In this document: positions 51,024 through 63,563 of the stretch, piece by piece
Layout of the letters: each line of letters starts with the position of its first letter
Numbering within the stretch: the stretch's first letter is position 1
Source of the DNA: Tubiluchus corallicola
Lineage: Eukaryota; Animalia; Priapulida
Assembly: GCA_030141605.1 (NCBI GenBank)
Contig: JAQGDQ010000129.1
Span: forward strand, 194,781-258,780
DNA: 64,000 nt
Direction: 5' to 3'
The notes under the pieces: model-generated
The model's input: only the letters and a program-made list of their open reading frames with translations
The model's database searches: none
What the model was told of the DNA's origin: nothing
Program-made: the position numbers and the translations under genes

Positions 51024-53650
51024 TGTCGTTGTGAACGACCGAAAATCATAAAAAATACATTTAATTTGCAATTAGATTAATAACCTGTAAAACCGCTATT
51101 ACTGTAGTAGATATGGTTTCTATCTATCTGTTACCTATTTTAAAAATGGGTTTAACCTAATAGTGAACAGTTGCTCTAGTTTTGCTATATTCTGTACTAC
51201 GAGTTGGCTTTTACAAGACATTATATGCAGACATCATTTTACCTGTATTTCTGCGGAAACTTCTATATCAATAAACGTTTAAAGTATATTCTACTGTTAA
51301 ACCTTTTGTCAACATGACAAAATTGGTAGCAGAGAGTAGTTTGCTGCTTATCAATGGGCGACGATACTTGTATGCAGTCTACGTTTACCAAGAAAGAGCG
51401 ATCGTCTACTCGCTAGGACGTCTGTCTACCGGTAAATAATTTCGAACATTTTCATAATGAATAATTATGGCTAAAGATAACAAATGCATAAATTGTCGTC
51501 AAAGTGTTGCAAGTGGGTTGATATGTGACAGCTGTGAACGTTGGTGGTGCATAAACTGTTTAAACCTAAAACAAGATCATGTACGAACAGAAAAACTTTA
51601 TGAGGCATTAAGTCAGCTGGGCGAATTTCAATGGACATGCGAGATATGTTGAGACAATAATTTACTAATTCAGCTGGTGAAATCGGGAACGTTTACTACA
51701 AAGCAGTTGTCCGAATTCGGTTGCAATGGTGACGTCATCAATGCAATCTAAGCTACAAGACCAGCTGATAAGGTCGAAATAAAGTCTGACGAAAATCAAA
51801 CGAAAGCCACTTCGCTGCCAACACAGCAAAATACTGCATCCAGGGGTCAAGTATTGCTGAATGAAACTACGCACAGGTAAATCAACCAGCACAGGATGGA
51901 TCGCTATCACAACAAGACACTACACTTGCAATGATGCAAATGTTTCTACAATCGCAACAAAGGATGTTCCAAATGTTTCAAGAAGAACGAAAAGAACGCA
52001 AAGAAGAGCTATACTTAAAAGGATGAAGAAGTTATCTGGAAATTTAGAGAAACGATTGAGTTCAAACATGGTCGTTACAAAGTTGGTTTTCCATGGAAAG
52101 ATCCTATACAGCACTTGGTTTCGAACTATCACGTAGCAAAGAAAAGACTCGAGTCTACACTAAAGACGTTAGCTCCTAGTGGATCACCAACACATCACTA
52201 TGCTACATACAATGAAACTATCAACAACTAGCTTCATCAAGGAATAATTGAGTCAGTTACTCAGCCTACAACAGAATAACGCTTTATACACTACATAGCA
52301 CATTCTCCAGTGATAAACGAAAATCGTACTTCTACCCAAGTTTGCATCATGTATGACGCTAGTGAGAAGAACAAAGCTGATGGTAAAAACTTGAACGACC
52401 TAATACATGCTGGACCATGTCTACTTACTAATCTGGTTGGAATTTTACTACGTTTTCGCCTGTTTGAAGTCATCACGGTAACGGACACTGAAAAAGCGTT
52501 CCATCAAGTTTCACTAGTGGAAGCACACAGAGATACTGTCAATTTCTATGGCTGAAAGATCCATCACAGCCTGACACAGTGGACAACATCAAGGTATATC
52601 GCTTTACCAGACTTCCATTTGGTGTCAATGCGTCTCCATTTTACTACTAGCTACGATACTAGATCACTTACAACAAAATCCGGGAATACTAGCAGACAGA
52701 CTACAACAAAATCTGTATGTGGACAATGTCGTTTTAGAAGTTTTGCATGGAGAAGACCCTATGGAGATATACCAGTCAGCGAAGAACCTATTTAATATGG
52801 CAGCAATGAATCTACGCCAGTGGCTTTCAAATGATCTCAAGGTTAATGAAGCTCTACCACAAAGGGACCGACAACAAGGTACTACAGTGAAAGTACTGGA
52901 AAATATTTGGAACACTGCTAATAATGTAATGAGACCACAGTACACATTTCAACCACTAGAAGTATATACCAGAAGACTAGCAATGCAACAGCTTGCTCGA
53001 CTATATGATCCGCTTGGAATCTACCTGCCAGTAACCATCAAAGGAAAGATTTTGCTACACAAAATGGCTAAACAGAAGTTCAGTCTAGATGTGCCAGTTA
53101 CAGCTTCAATGGTTTTAGAGTGGCAGCAATTAGAAAAAGAACTGAACAACATTCCACAAATAACACTTCCATGCACAGTCATCATGGATAGACAAGTTCT
53201 TGTTCAACTACTATGTTTCACAGATGCCAGTAAAAAGATGCATGTTGCGCCTGCATCTATATTCATCAACGTTTAGATAACAACGTTATATCCTCATTAG
53301 CATTTGCGAAGCCTCAGGTAGTGACATTGACAGTTAGTCAAACTCTACCAGACTAGAACTAGAAGCCATTCTAATAGGAATGCAGGGTGCTTCGATTTGT
53401 AGAAAAGCAAATTGATCAACCATTGCTAGATAAACACATATGGACAAATTCACAAATTGTACTCTGTTGGATTCACTCAACCAAAGTTTTACCACCCTAT
53501 ATAGAAATACACCGAAGTGAAATAATGTCTATGGATGATATCCAGTTTAGATACATCAACACTAAAGCCAATCCTGCTGATTGGGGCACATGTGGAATCT
53601 CAGCAAAGAAATTATGTGAGTGCAACTGGATTTGTGGACCAGAACGGTTA
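51024..53650 (+). mobile_element. Degenerate, truncated BEL/Pao LTR retrotransposon in B9D1 intron 1
   Basis: Putative 5' LTR TGTC...GACA (51024-51319) with AATAAA, then PBS TGGTAGCAGAG (51324-51334) complementary to the tRNA-iMet 3' end. PHD-like gag ORF at 51467-51652. Broken pol motifs: YDAS, LNDLIHAGP, DTEKAFHQV, RLPFG..ASPF, YVDN (52716), YDPLG, FTDAS, RLELEA, NPAD. No integrase or 3' LTR seen. Confidence 0.9.
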
Positions 53651-53714
53651 AGTTTGTCACCTGTCAAGTTTGATCGCCTCATTATCAACGACATATTGAT
53701 CTTTTGGAAAATGT

Positions 53715-54140
53715 CCAGCGTCGGGCTGACTTGATTCTTACTTACCACTTGCTCCATGGCCTTGCAGATTATGACTGCAGACATCTTTTTGTGTTACCTA
53801 GTAATACAAGGCTTCATGGACATAATTTAAAGCTTACAAAGCCTCAAGTTTGACTCAGTGTCCATCTGCACAGTTTCTGCATGTTTAGTAATAAATGTGT
53901 GGAACTCTTTGGCATTGAAGTCATAAATGCCCCTAAATTAGCTATTTTTAAAATTCACCTTCATGGCTATCTCTACCATTACTCGTAATGTTTTTTATAA
54001 TTTTGTACTTACTGTTAATTGTTATTGTCATAGGTATGTAGTTTAGCATTAATGTATATTGTTATTGTCATAGGTATGTAGTTTAGCATTAATGTATATT
54101 GTTATTGTCATAGGTACGTAAAGTTTACCACTAATGTATA
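53715..54140 (+). mobile_element. CR1/L2-like LINE 3' fragment with 40-bp tandem tail
   Basis: Degenerate RRADLILTYHLLHG...TRLHGHNLKL...INVWNSL, typical of a CR1-clade ORF2 end. Followed by about three copies of ttgttattgtcataggtatgtagtttagcattaatgtata (54019-54140). Confidence 0.65.
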
Positions 54141-54948
54141 TACTTACATTATAGTACTGCATGATATGCTGCACTATCCTTGTCCCCTTCGTACGTACAG
54201 GGTCTACTGTTGGCAATTTTAAATTATTGTGCTTGATTTTGGCTTACCAGTCTAGCTACAATTACCCATAAATAATAAGAATGATAGTTAGTGCTTCAGT
54301 CCTGACCCTTGTTGCAATGCAGCAGCAAGCACTCTAGGAATGACTGCAGGATCTATATACACTGCATGCAGCTTCATGTCATGACTCCACATTCATTTCT
54401 AAATTCCATCATGGCCATAGCACACTCGATAATTCTTCTTGCAACTTCCACATTCCTTTGGTATAGATCACGGGCATCAACCCCCCACAGATTTACTTGA
54501 CTTAAACTACTACAAACAAATCGCAGCCCTTTCTTCACATTTTTGTTTCCAAATTAATTGTATTGTAACTGTGCGTGTGTTGCAAGATAAATAAAATATT
54601 ATTATTATTATTATAAATAGATGTTCAGTTGTATCTTCTTCAGTATTACGCATGGGCACATTAAATTATTCGTGTGCACTTTTGAAGTTGCACTTCAATT
54701 ACAAAATATTTAATTTAATTTTCATATAATGACTCATCTCATTCACACCTAATTCAGAGATGTAAATTTGCTTGTAATACCAACATTTGTTCATACAATC
54801 TATTTTTTGTTCCATAACTACTTGTTTAGCAATTATATATATTTATTAGAATTCATTAAATGATGATAAAACATTAATTTTTTGTACTCAACTTTATTTT
54901 TAATTCTTGAGCTAAAATGCCTAACAGTAAAATAATCTTCAGAATTAC

Positions 54949-55005
54949 CTCCGCACTTTCAATTTGTCCTGCCAACATCAACAGAAAAACTGAACCGCCC
55001 GCCAT
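54949..55005 (-). CDS. B9D1: B9D1 coding exon 1 (B9 domain-containing protein 1 / MKSR1; joined CDS 612 nt, 203 aa)
   Basis: ATG at 55005; MAGGSVFLLMLAGQIESAE then GAG|gtaatt. All six exons (57+69+112+97+131+146 nt) join in frame with GT-AG introns. Confidence 0.92.
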
Positions 55006-57551
55006 TTGTTTACTTTCAATCTTGTGCTACAAGCAATAACAGCAATCTATCATTATCAGCTCAAGTCGATTGCCGTTGTGAATCATCTCCGTTAACGATA
55101 GCGAAAGGCGAGCATTCACTGTGTGCCCGTCTACAAAACTTGCAGTCACAACGCGACAGGCTATTCTATTTTTTGGGGGTCAAACGAATAGGACACCGAG
55201 GCTGTTTCTTTATCCATTGTTTTAAGCTAACCTCTACCCCAAACATTTTGGAGGTAGTCATAAATGCCGAACAGAAAAATAGAGATACCAACAGACGCCA
55301 ACAAATTACAACCTACATTTCTGGTATTTCCGGGAGGAATAATAAATGTTTTTATTATTAATGTGGTTCAATGCATAAAGAGTACGAAGAAATGCAGAAT
55401 TATTATCTTCATGCAAAATATCTTATTGGCGGACTTACTAATTTCAAAATATAACTTGATACTCATTAAATAAATATACACAACTGAAAGTATACTTGTA
55501 TATTACAACACAAATTTTTATCAGAGTTGAAGAGATACAGCTCTTAATTCATTCTAAACCTTCAGATCACCTTTATTTACATAATTTTGATAATCACACA
55601 ACTTTTGGTACGTTACTATCATTATTTTTCAAAAGACTGCATTAACAAGCAACTAAGCTGAGCTGTCTTTCTTATTACACAGATAAATACATATACACGG
55701 TAATTGGCAAATCGGTAATACACGTCTATAATTATTTGTTCTTAGAGAAAAAACATTTGGCAAATTTAGTTTCTAAAACTGATTGCATTTTCTCTACACA
55801 TTTACACAATTTATAATAGAGCAAATTAAACTAAAACAAAGTACACCCTAATGGCCCAAACTATTAGAGTTACATATCACAACAGGCTATAGCAAACTTC
55901 TTGCAAAATACAGCTTTTTGAAGCTTCAGCAAATTACAAAATTAACACTGTTTTTGTACTATTAGCAACTACAGTACAGCACGTCAAATTACGATAAATA
56001 CACTATCATTTATATATTTTGCAGTATCAGTTATAACTGTGCATAAAAGTCCAGTACGGGTGTAACCAACATTAATGGATAATATTCCAAATATATGCGT
56101 AGACCTACATGTATAACTGATGTATGCCAGTAAAAAAGAGAGTGCACAGTACACTATAAACACCAATGAAAAAACTGAAGCTGCCTAAATTACTCTGTAC
56201 ACAAAACAAATATAACTCACTACAAGTTATTACAGGTTGTTCAATTTTAACAAAAACCAAGTAGTACTGCAGCTACACGATAAAAACTGTTCAGGATAGC
56301 AAGTTACAGTATACTTACCCAAGATAAAGTTCAAAATATCTGCGTAATTTATATAATTCATATCACACTGATAAAAGGTATTTAAAAGAAAACAATGAAA
56401 AATAAAGTTATGAGACTATTGAACAATAATACCAACAAGAATAACAGTTGTGAAACAAAGGAATGTCACACATATCACAAAGGTATGCATTAATATTTAA
56501 ATACATGCTTGAAATCAATTGTCAAATTTCTTCAAGAACCAAAAATAGTCTATGGACACAAAAAGGCAGATACACTAATGGTACTAAAAGTTTAAAAAAT
56601 TCAATGGCTGTTTGAACAATTTAGATAACTGAATAGGCATTTACATCATCATAATCAAATCTCTGTAGTCATTTGTAGTGTTTCTGAGATATCGAAAGAA
56701 GACGATAGCTAATGACCTCAAACTTTTCATTTGATATATGGTATTTTCATATTTTCATATATCAGTTGTAAAACTGTCTGTTTCAAACCTAGATGTTACA
56801 CCTTCAATAAATTATGTTTAAACCAAACTTTTCATTTTTATTGTAACCCGTTTTCCTTTTTATGAAGACAAGTAATAATAACCATTTCCTACAGTTGGAC
56901 AAAAGGTACTTTCACCTTAGGTACTTAGTTTCTAGAAGCTTTAACAGATAACAAAGTCTTACACATTTCTGACCAAGATTATAAAAAACATCTGACGCGC
57001 AACCAACCGATCGGAGGTAGTTGACCTTCCTCAAACTACTTCTTACTTCAGTTTTCAACATTCTCAGGTGGCATCTTGTTTATTTAGATGGGACAGTGTT
57101 ACTCACACGTACAAAATCGGATGAGCCACATCTGTTATTCACCATTCACATGCAGAATTAAATTCCTTTAATTCATTTATCCACAAACTATTTCCATGTT
57201 TGCAAAAATGGCAACTGCCACATCTTCATTGCTTATTTCACTTAAGGCTGAATTTGAAAAATAAACCATTAACGAAACCATACAATATTGGGCGTTAAAA
57301 TATCCTATGCCAAAAACAGTGAAAAAATAGTTGTGAACACTGCAAAAATTACCCATAGTATACACTTCCCCATAATAATTATTTGTAATGACAATAAACA
57401 GCAATTACAGAAAATTATCTCATCTGTTCTTAATTACGCAAAAAATTTGGAATCTTAGGCAATCATCAGGCAACCAGTATTCAGACTACAGAGCTCTGGC
57501 AACAGCACCCAGGCATTTAAAAATACACATCAACAACAGCCCTTAAAATAT

Positions 57552-57640
57552 TCATTTTGATTTCTTTTTCTTCTTGTCCTTCTTTTTCTTTCTCTTCTTG
57601 TCCTTTTTAACGACTGTTCCATCATCATCCTTTGCATAAC
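57552..57640 (-). CDS. MICAL-L: MICAL-like protein, last coding exon (polybasic tail)
   Basis: ttgtttgtag acceptor, phase 1; (G)YAKDDDGTVVKKDKKRKKKKDKKKKKSK*. Confidence 0.8.
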
Positions 57641-58480
57641 CTACAAACAAACATTTTCACTTTATCTTACATGAAATAAATAATTACTAGAAAATACTAA
57701 GCCTACAACATGACAATATTTATATATATTCTGATACGTAGTACCAGAAACCACCAAATTTTCGTCATTATTAACTTAATTGCCTGTGCCACTATAAAAG
57801 CCGCTTTACTTGCAAAATAAAATTTTCTTATTACCAGTACAAATGTTGTTAATTATTAGTGGTTTATAAACAGCATAATAACATCTTCCACGATGATATT
57901 AATTTGACTTTTTTGTGTATACATGTAAAAGGTATGCAGGCCTGCTAATTCAAAATCAGATCGCCTTGTCAATCCGGGTGTGGAGAAGTATAATTTGATT
58001 ATAATTTGATTAGGTACAGTAAAGCAGAGAAACATTGTAATTTTTTAGGGTTTAAAACACTTCAACAAAACTGTTGTCGTCCGTGTACTAATACATACTT
58101 ATGCTTGTTTTTAAATCCAATATGCTTGTGCTTACGAGAAACCTCCGTATCCACGGAGCAGTGCCAGGGTGATAAGTTACGGTGCAAATGTAGCATTATA
58201 TTGCTTGATATCACTGTAATGACGGCTATGCTTATCGTGCGATTTTTGTGGCTTTTTGGAGAAGTAAGTGCAAATGGCAAATGGTTATGTAAACGATTTG
58301 CATTGGCAGCTGAAAAAATAATCGATGACTGAAAATAAAAGCCCAAATCGATTACGATCAATTAAATCAATTAATCGGTCCCATCACTAATACAAACTAT
58401 ACTTCTCCACGTACAAAAATAACAATCGAAGAACATTACTCCATGTAAGTTAAACAACATGTAATTTAACCTATTCTCAC

Positions 58481-58642
58481 CTTGCTTGATCATCATTTCA
58501 CCGATACAGCGATCCTCCTCTTCCTCGCGTACCCGATCCTGCTCTATGTTTTGAATAATCATGTTTCTCTGTTCTACAATGTGAACTAATTCAGCAAGAA
58601 GTTGCTCTTCTATTTCTTTGTCACTTTCTTCCCGTTTTGAGT
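58481..58642 (-). CDS. MICAL-L: MICAL-like protein exon (bMERB domain, helix 3)
   Basis: ccag acceptor, gtgaga donor; (D)SKREESDKEIEEQLLAELVHIVEQRNMIIQNIEQDRVREEEEDRCIGEMMIKQ. Confidence 0.9.
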
Positions 58643-59088
58643 CTGGACACACAAAATAGGAACAGTTGATAATCATCCAGTTTTGGATTTTTATCAGAAA
58701 GCAAGTCTAACTAGTTCATAATAACAGTATGATCGAATATGGAATTCAACAACAAAGCAAGTTCAGCAACAACTCTCACTTTGTTGTATCTAGCACCACA
58801 AATGACTTTGAGTCTGCAGATCCCCAGCAAGGCAGTTATTATATGCTTTAGTAGTGAGGTTTTACAAATTGCATGTTGAAATCATGTTAAATCAACAGCA
58901 ATATGTTATCGTCTGCTGTAAAGCTAATAAACAGAACAGGTTGACCAGATAGGGTTAAAATATGCAAGGACGTACTGACGTATACCTCTATCATCTGTGC
59001 CTGATTTGCCAATTTACAACAAACAGAATTCGGACAACATGTGTACTAAAAACAATGAATTATTTAGGATTCGAAAATATAATCTTAC

Positions 59089-59162
59089 CAGGTTTTTCCA
59101 TTAAACATCGTAACTGATATTCTACTTCCTCATGCCGCTCCTCCAATTCCTCTTGTCTTTGC
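59089..59162 (-). CDS. MICAL-L: MICAL-like protein exon (bMERB domain)
   Basis: ttacag acceptor, gtaaga donor; (M)QRQEELEERHEEVEYQLRCLMEKP. Confidence 0.9.
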
Positions 59163-60036
59163 CTGTAATGAAGTCACAATATCTTTTCAAATAGTTCAAT
59201 ACACAGGTTCCTAGATGCTTAAAAATTTGCAGTTTTCTTTTTGCAGTAGTTCTGCTTTTTCTTTGGTTTGGTTGATATTTATGCCTAGCAAGTAGATCAT
59301 TATTCAACAATAAACATCGTGCCTAATACACCAAAACAGCTATCACTAACGATAAGAAATAATTTCTAAATAAAGGCAATAGTAAACTGAAAAAATAAAA
59401 TGCCCCAAACACTTTCTTCACAATTAAAACACAAGACTGCATACAAATAAATGTCATACTATAGAACTACTACTTTTACACCATATGCTTCTGTAGGTAA
59501 CTTGCAGTTGTAAAAAGACAGGTACAGGTACAGGGGCATTTCAAATCCCTCACTAATTTAATATTCAATTTTCTTTGCAGTTAATAGACCAAAAACGTTC
59601 ATCTTATGGTAAACTTTAGTTCAGTAAATGACAGTAATTGAAAGTTTTTTAAGTTTGCACTTGAAATTTTCCGTAGCCAAGCCAGTACTACAGCAGAGGT
59701 CTAAATTCTCTATAAATTGTTATAAATAGCAAACAGCAAATTACATAGGCATAAATTTAAATCACCATAATAAACTTGTGAAACCAAGCTTGATGCCACT
59801 AAATTCTCATGAGTCCTAGACTCAGCTACCAAATTATCATTTGGTTTCCTATGTTAAATGCTATTAATTCCTGATAAACTTAAAAATAATGACTACTTGA
59901 CAACCGATATTTTCGTTGGCCAAGATTCACAAATGAAAATACATAGAGATTGTTATTTTAGAAGAAACTTGTTATATATTTACTACGTCAATGGAATAAG
60001 GGTGAAACACCGATAAAAAATTTTTTTGAAACTTAC

Positions 60037-60169
60037 ATGTAAACTAATTCATTCTCTCTTCTGACTAGCAGATTTTTTGTGTTAACCAGCTCAAACCATT
60101 CAGCTAATAAATGATCTTCATCTTCTAGATCAAGAGATGCAGAAGTGCTGGTATCCAAAGACAGGTCTT
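60037..60169 (-). CDS. MICAL-L: MICAL-like protein exon (bMERB domain)
   Basis: ttttgtag acceptor, gtaagt donor; EDEDHLLAEWFELVNTKNLLVRRENELVY is the bMERB/DUF3585 WF.LV..K..LVRRE.EL signature. Confidence 0.92.
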
Positions 60170-60579
60170 CTACAAAATAAGCTCAATTAATGTTAAACTT
60201 CAAACAGTAACTTGCCTCCAAGAAAAGCACACATATAAACATGCCTTGGATTGAAAATCAAAACTGCTTTGTTAGAACAAGCAAAGCTATGACCAATACT
60301 ACAAAAAAATAAAAAAGAGAGGGAATACTGAAAATTTACTAAAATCACAATTTATTCAAAAACTTTGCTTTCACAAGGCATATCCCATACATAGTACATT
60401 CACAGCAGGTCAAATTTGCCATTAATAATCATTGTTATATAAGCTTATTTTTCTTCATCAGCAATTAAGTTTTTTGACCTAAAAGGCTGACTTAAAGTGA
60501 AGCTTCATTTATTGAAACATATCTTCAAATCACACACATAATCGGTAACACATAGCCAGTCAAAAACACCTATGCTTAC

Positions 60580-60706
60580 TACTTTCATCAAGCCATCGTA
60601 ATTTTTCCTCAATTTCAGCTCCTTTTCGTTCTAACTCAGTTTGCTGCATGTCCAACTGTAGGAGTTCCAATCGTATGTGCTCCTTATTTTGTCTGTCTTT
60701 TGCAAT
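60580..60706 (-). CDS. MICAL-L: MICAL-like protein exon (bMERB domain, helix 1)
   Basis: tttag acceptor, gtaagc donor; IAKDRQNKEHIRLELLQLDMQQTELERKGAEIEEKLRWLDES. Confidence 0.9.
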
Positions 60707-60888
60707 CTAAATTTTAATAAAACCACCAAAATAATAATATTCTGCTCTCTAACAAGGAAGAACAGATACATAACTTAGTATGCAGTAAATTTTCTTACAT
60801 TTTTACAAACACTTCTTGCAAAAAAGTACTGTTACTGTGATCATAACATGCTTAAAACAACAAGCTGAATGGAAAATGATGAACCTAC

Positions 60889-63563
60889 CTTCCTTCTGTA
60901 CACTGGAGGTTTGGGAGCTGGTCTCTTCATAGTACGAGACACATTGTCCACATCCTTTCCTTTATTTACGTCAGCTCTTTTGATGTCAGGAGAAGATAAG
61001 GGTGAAAACTGCTCAGCAGAAATTTTTTTCATTGGAGGTGGTGGTGGAGGTACTTTCGGTTTTTGTACATTTTTCATTTGAGCTGTATCACCAGCAATAG
61101 CAGTATGATCAGATTCCCTGGATAAATGAGGTGATCTTGGAGGTTTAGGAGGTGGAATCAGTTCTTCACTGCTTGATAAATGTTTATCATTTTTCATATC
61201 TGTAGGAAGCCCATTGGAAGTAACTCTGGGCCTTGGTGGGGGAGATGTCAAAGGTCTACATGGTGGAGTCTTTTTCCTTACTTTTGGGCTGGCAGTTTTA
61301 GTGGACTCATTTAAAATAGGTGGATGAGTATTTTCTTTTGGACATCGTAAGGAAGTACTGCCTATTAAATGCCTAACAGGTGGTTTGGGAGCAGGTTTCT
61401 TTTTTGGTGTTGTGTTGTTGCTTAGACTTTCATTCTCATCAGCTGTATGAAACTCATCATCACTGTCACCAAATGGATTTAACGGAGCAGATTTAGATAC
61501 TTGACTAATAGTTTCAGCTTCAGTTTTATCAAGTTCAACTTTAATTCCACTATCATCAAAACTGTCATTGTCACTTTCCTCAAATGGGTTTGGTGGCACA
61601 ATTTTTTTCTTAACACTATCAAGTTTACTTGATTCAGCTGGTTCACTTTTAGCTGCTTCATGCTTTGGTTTTTGTTCAGGAGTTTGCACTAATGAAGCTG
61701 GTTCACTAGAAGAATCAGTTTGCAAGTCTTCATCACTCATGTCATCAGCAAATGGATTCAAGCTTTGTCTCGGTTTTGGCATTGGTGGTGTTACTCCAGC
61801 AGAATGCCGGGGAGGCGGAACAGGGGAAACAGTTTCACCGATTTTAGTGCGAGAAGCAATGGGAGGAGGAACTGGCGGCGCATGCCTTTTCTTCGGTGTT
61901 GGTGCCTGAGGTTTGACTACTACATCCACCGAAGACTGCAATGGTAATGATGCAGCTGCACTCTTCTCTACTAAGACACTTGGTTTTTCTGCAGGCATTG
62001 AGTCGCTTTGTTCATGTGTTTTCTGAGGCTGAACTTGGCTTTTTGAATCAGTAAGCCTTTGAATGACTTGTGAAGGATTACGATTCTGATCTACAGGTGT
62101 ATCACTAGTTGAAGACTGACTTTCAGAGGCTTCAGCAATAGTTTCAGGTTTTCTAAAAGGCACTTCGGATGTGGAACTTGCGAAACTACTCACGTTGCCA
62201 TTTTTCGTATTTTGGCAGCTGTCATAAAATACTGAGTTACTAATCTCAGTAGCTGCATCCTTATGAGCACTTTCCTGAGTAGCAGCGGTCTCTGCATTAT
62301 CATAAAATACACTAGTACTTTTTGTTTCATTTGCTTTGGCTGATAACTCAGTTGAATATACAGGCTCTGAGATAACACTACTTTTTTCACTTTCATCATA
62401 AAAAACAGAACTGCCCACTTTTTCTTTGTCTAGTTTTGCAGCAGCTGCTTTATGTAATAAATTTTTCAACTTATCTTTGTCACTTACATTATCGTTAATA
62501 GGAACACTCTCACTAGACTGCACACCAAATGACAATGAAGGCCCATTCTTCCATGGTTCATGAATTGCCGGACTGCTTTTACTCACACGAGCAACGATGC
62601 ACTCGTCAGCATCCGAATCTCCTAGTTTTGAGTTTGTATCTGAACGGGCATGAAGTATTTTGTTTGTCTCAATTTCGTTAGCAAAGGTGTCATCTTCTGC
62701 TTCCACTTCTTCGGTGAGTTCTGTCATAGATGGTTTTGTTCTCTCAAATTTTCTAAAAGAAGGAATAATCAACGGCCGAATTTTGTGACCCGTAGGCTTA
62801 TTAATGATCGACTGTATTGCATCAGGAACAGAAGGTTTTTTAGTAAAATCTAGTTTTTGGTGCTCTAATTTAGCATCTTTTAGCTCGTCTACCTCCATCT
62901 CTTCTGAATCTTGTTCACTTATTACCGACAAGTTACGCTCTCTTTGCGGAGTGACAGGACTAACAGTTTTCGGATCTAAATCACCAACTGCTTTTTCTGT
63001 TATTGGACTCCTCTTTTCATTGTCTTTCTTTTCAAACACAAATGGCTTTTTTTCAAATGAAATAACAGGAAAACTTGGATCTGCACCAGCTTCAACTTTT
63101 TGCAATGATAACGGACGAGGCGTTAAAGGTGGTTTCACACCTTTAGCTTCTCCAACACGTTGTAGAGATAATGGCCTAGGTTGCAAAGGCGGTTTTTCAC
63201 TTATCGGTTTTTTCACATTAGTTTTACTTTCTATAGACTTCACAACACCTAGTACGCTTCTGCGTTCTTCATGATCATCACTTTTGGCTGCCATACTGAC
63301 ATCACCAAAAACTTTTTCTTCAGTGCCGCCAATTTCTTCATTTTTAATATTCTCTGATGACACTGCTTTTTCTGGGCTATGTGCATTTTGACTAGCAGGC
63401 ACTGTTGACTCGGTTGCAAGATAACTGTTCAATATGTTTGGAGGATCCGACTGGGAACTATAAGCAGGAGGAGAACTAAACCTGCTGAGGTCCACTTCAG
63501 GTAATCGTTCCCGCAACAAGGCATTGTCAGTTGTAGGCTTGTTTAACTGCACTGGCTCTTTAG
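60889..63563 (-). CDS. MICAL-L: MICAL-like protein, 2675-nt exon encoding a disordered Ser/Pro-rich linker with three NPF motifs (5' exons lie beyond the window)
   Basis: Long ORF bounded by tttttcttttgcttcag and AAG|gtaggt that splices in frame to the bMERB exons. NPF-acidic and PxxPxR motifs are present. Lack of a terminal CaaX argues against EHBP1. CH/LIM exons are not in the window, so MICAL proper is not fully excluded. Confidence 0.85.

Noticed and set aside
51467-51652. PHD-finger ORF as an independent host gene
   Set aside because: It lies directly after an LTR and PBS and before BEL pol remnants, and has a premature stop; it is the gag N-terminus.
54019-54140. Regular 40-bp repeats superficially like a CRISPR array
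   Set aside because: Head-to-tail copies without spacers in a eukaryotic intron; this is a LINE-associated minisatellite.
60869-63274. Plus-strand ORFs overlapping the large MICAL-like exon
   Set aside because: Antisense shadows of a long, biased coding exon.
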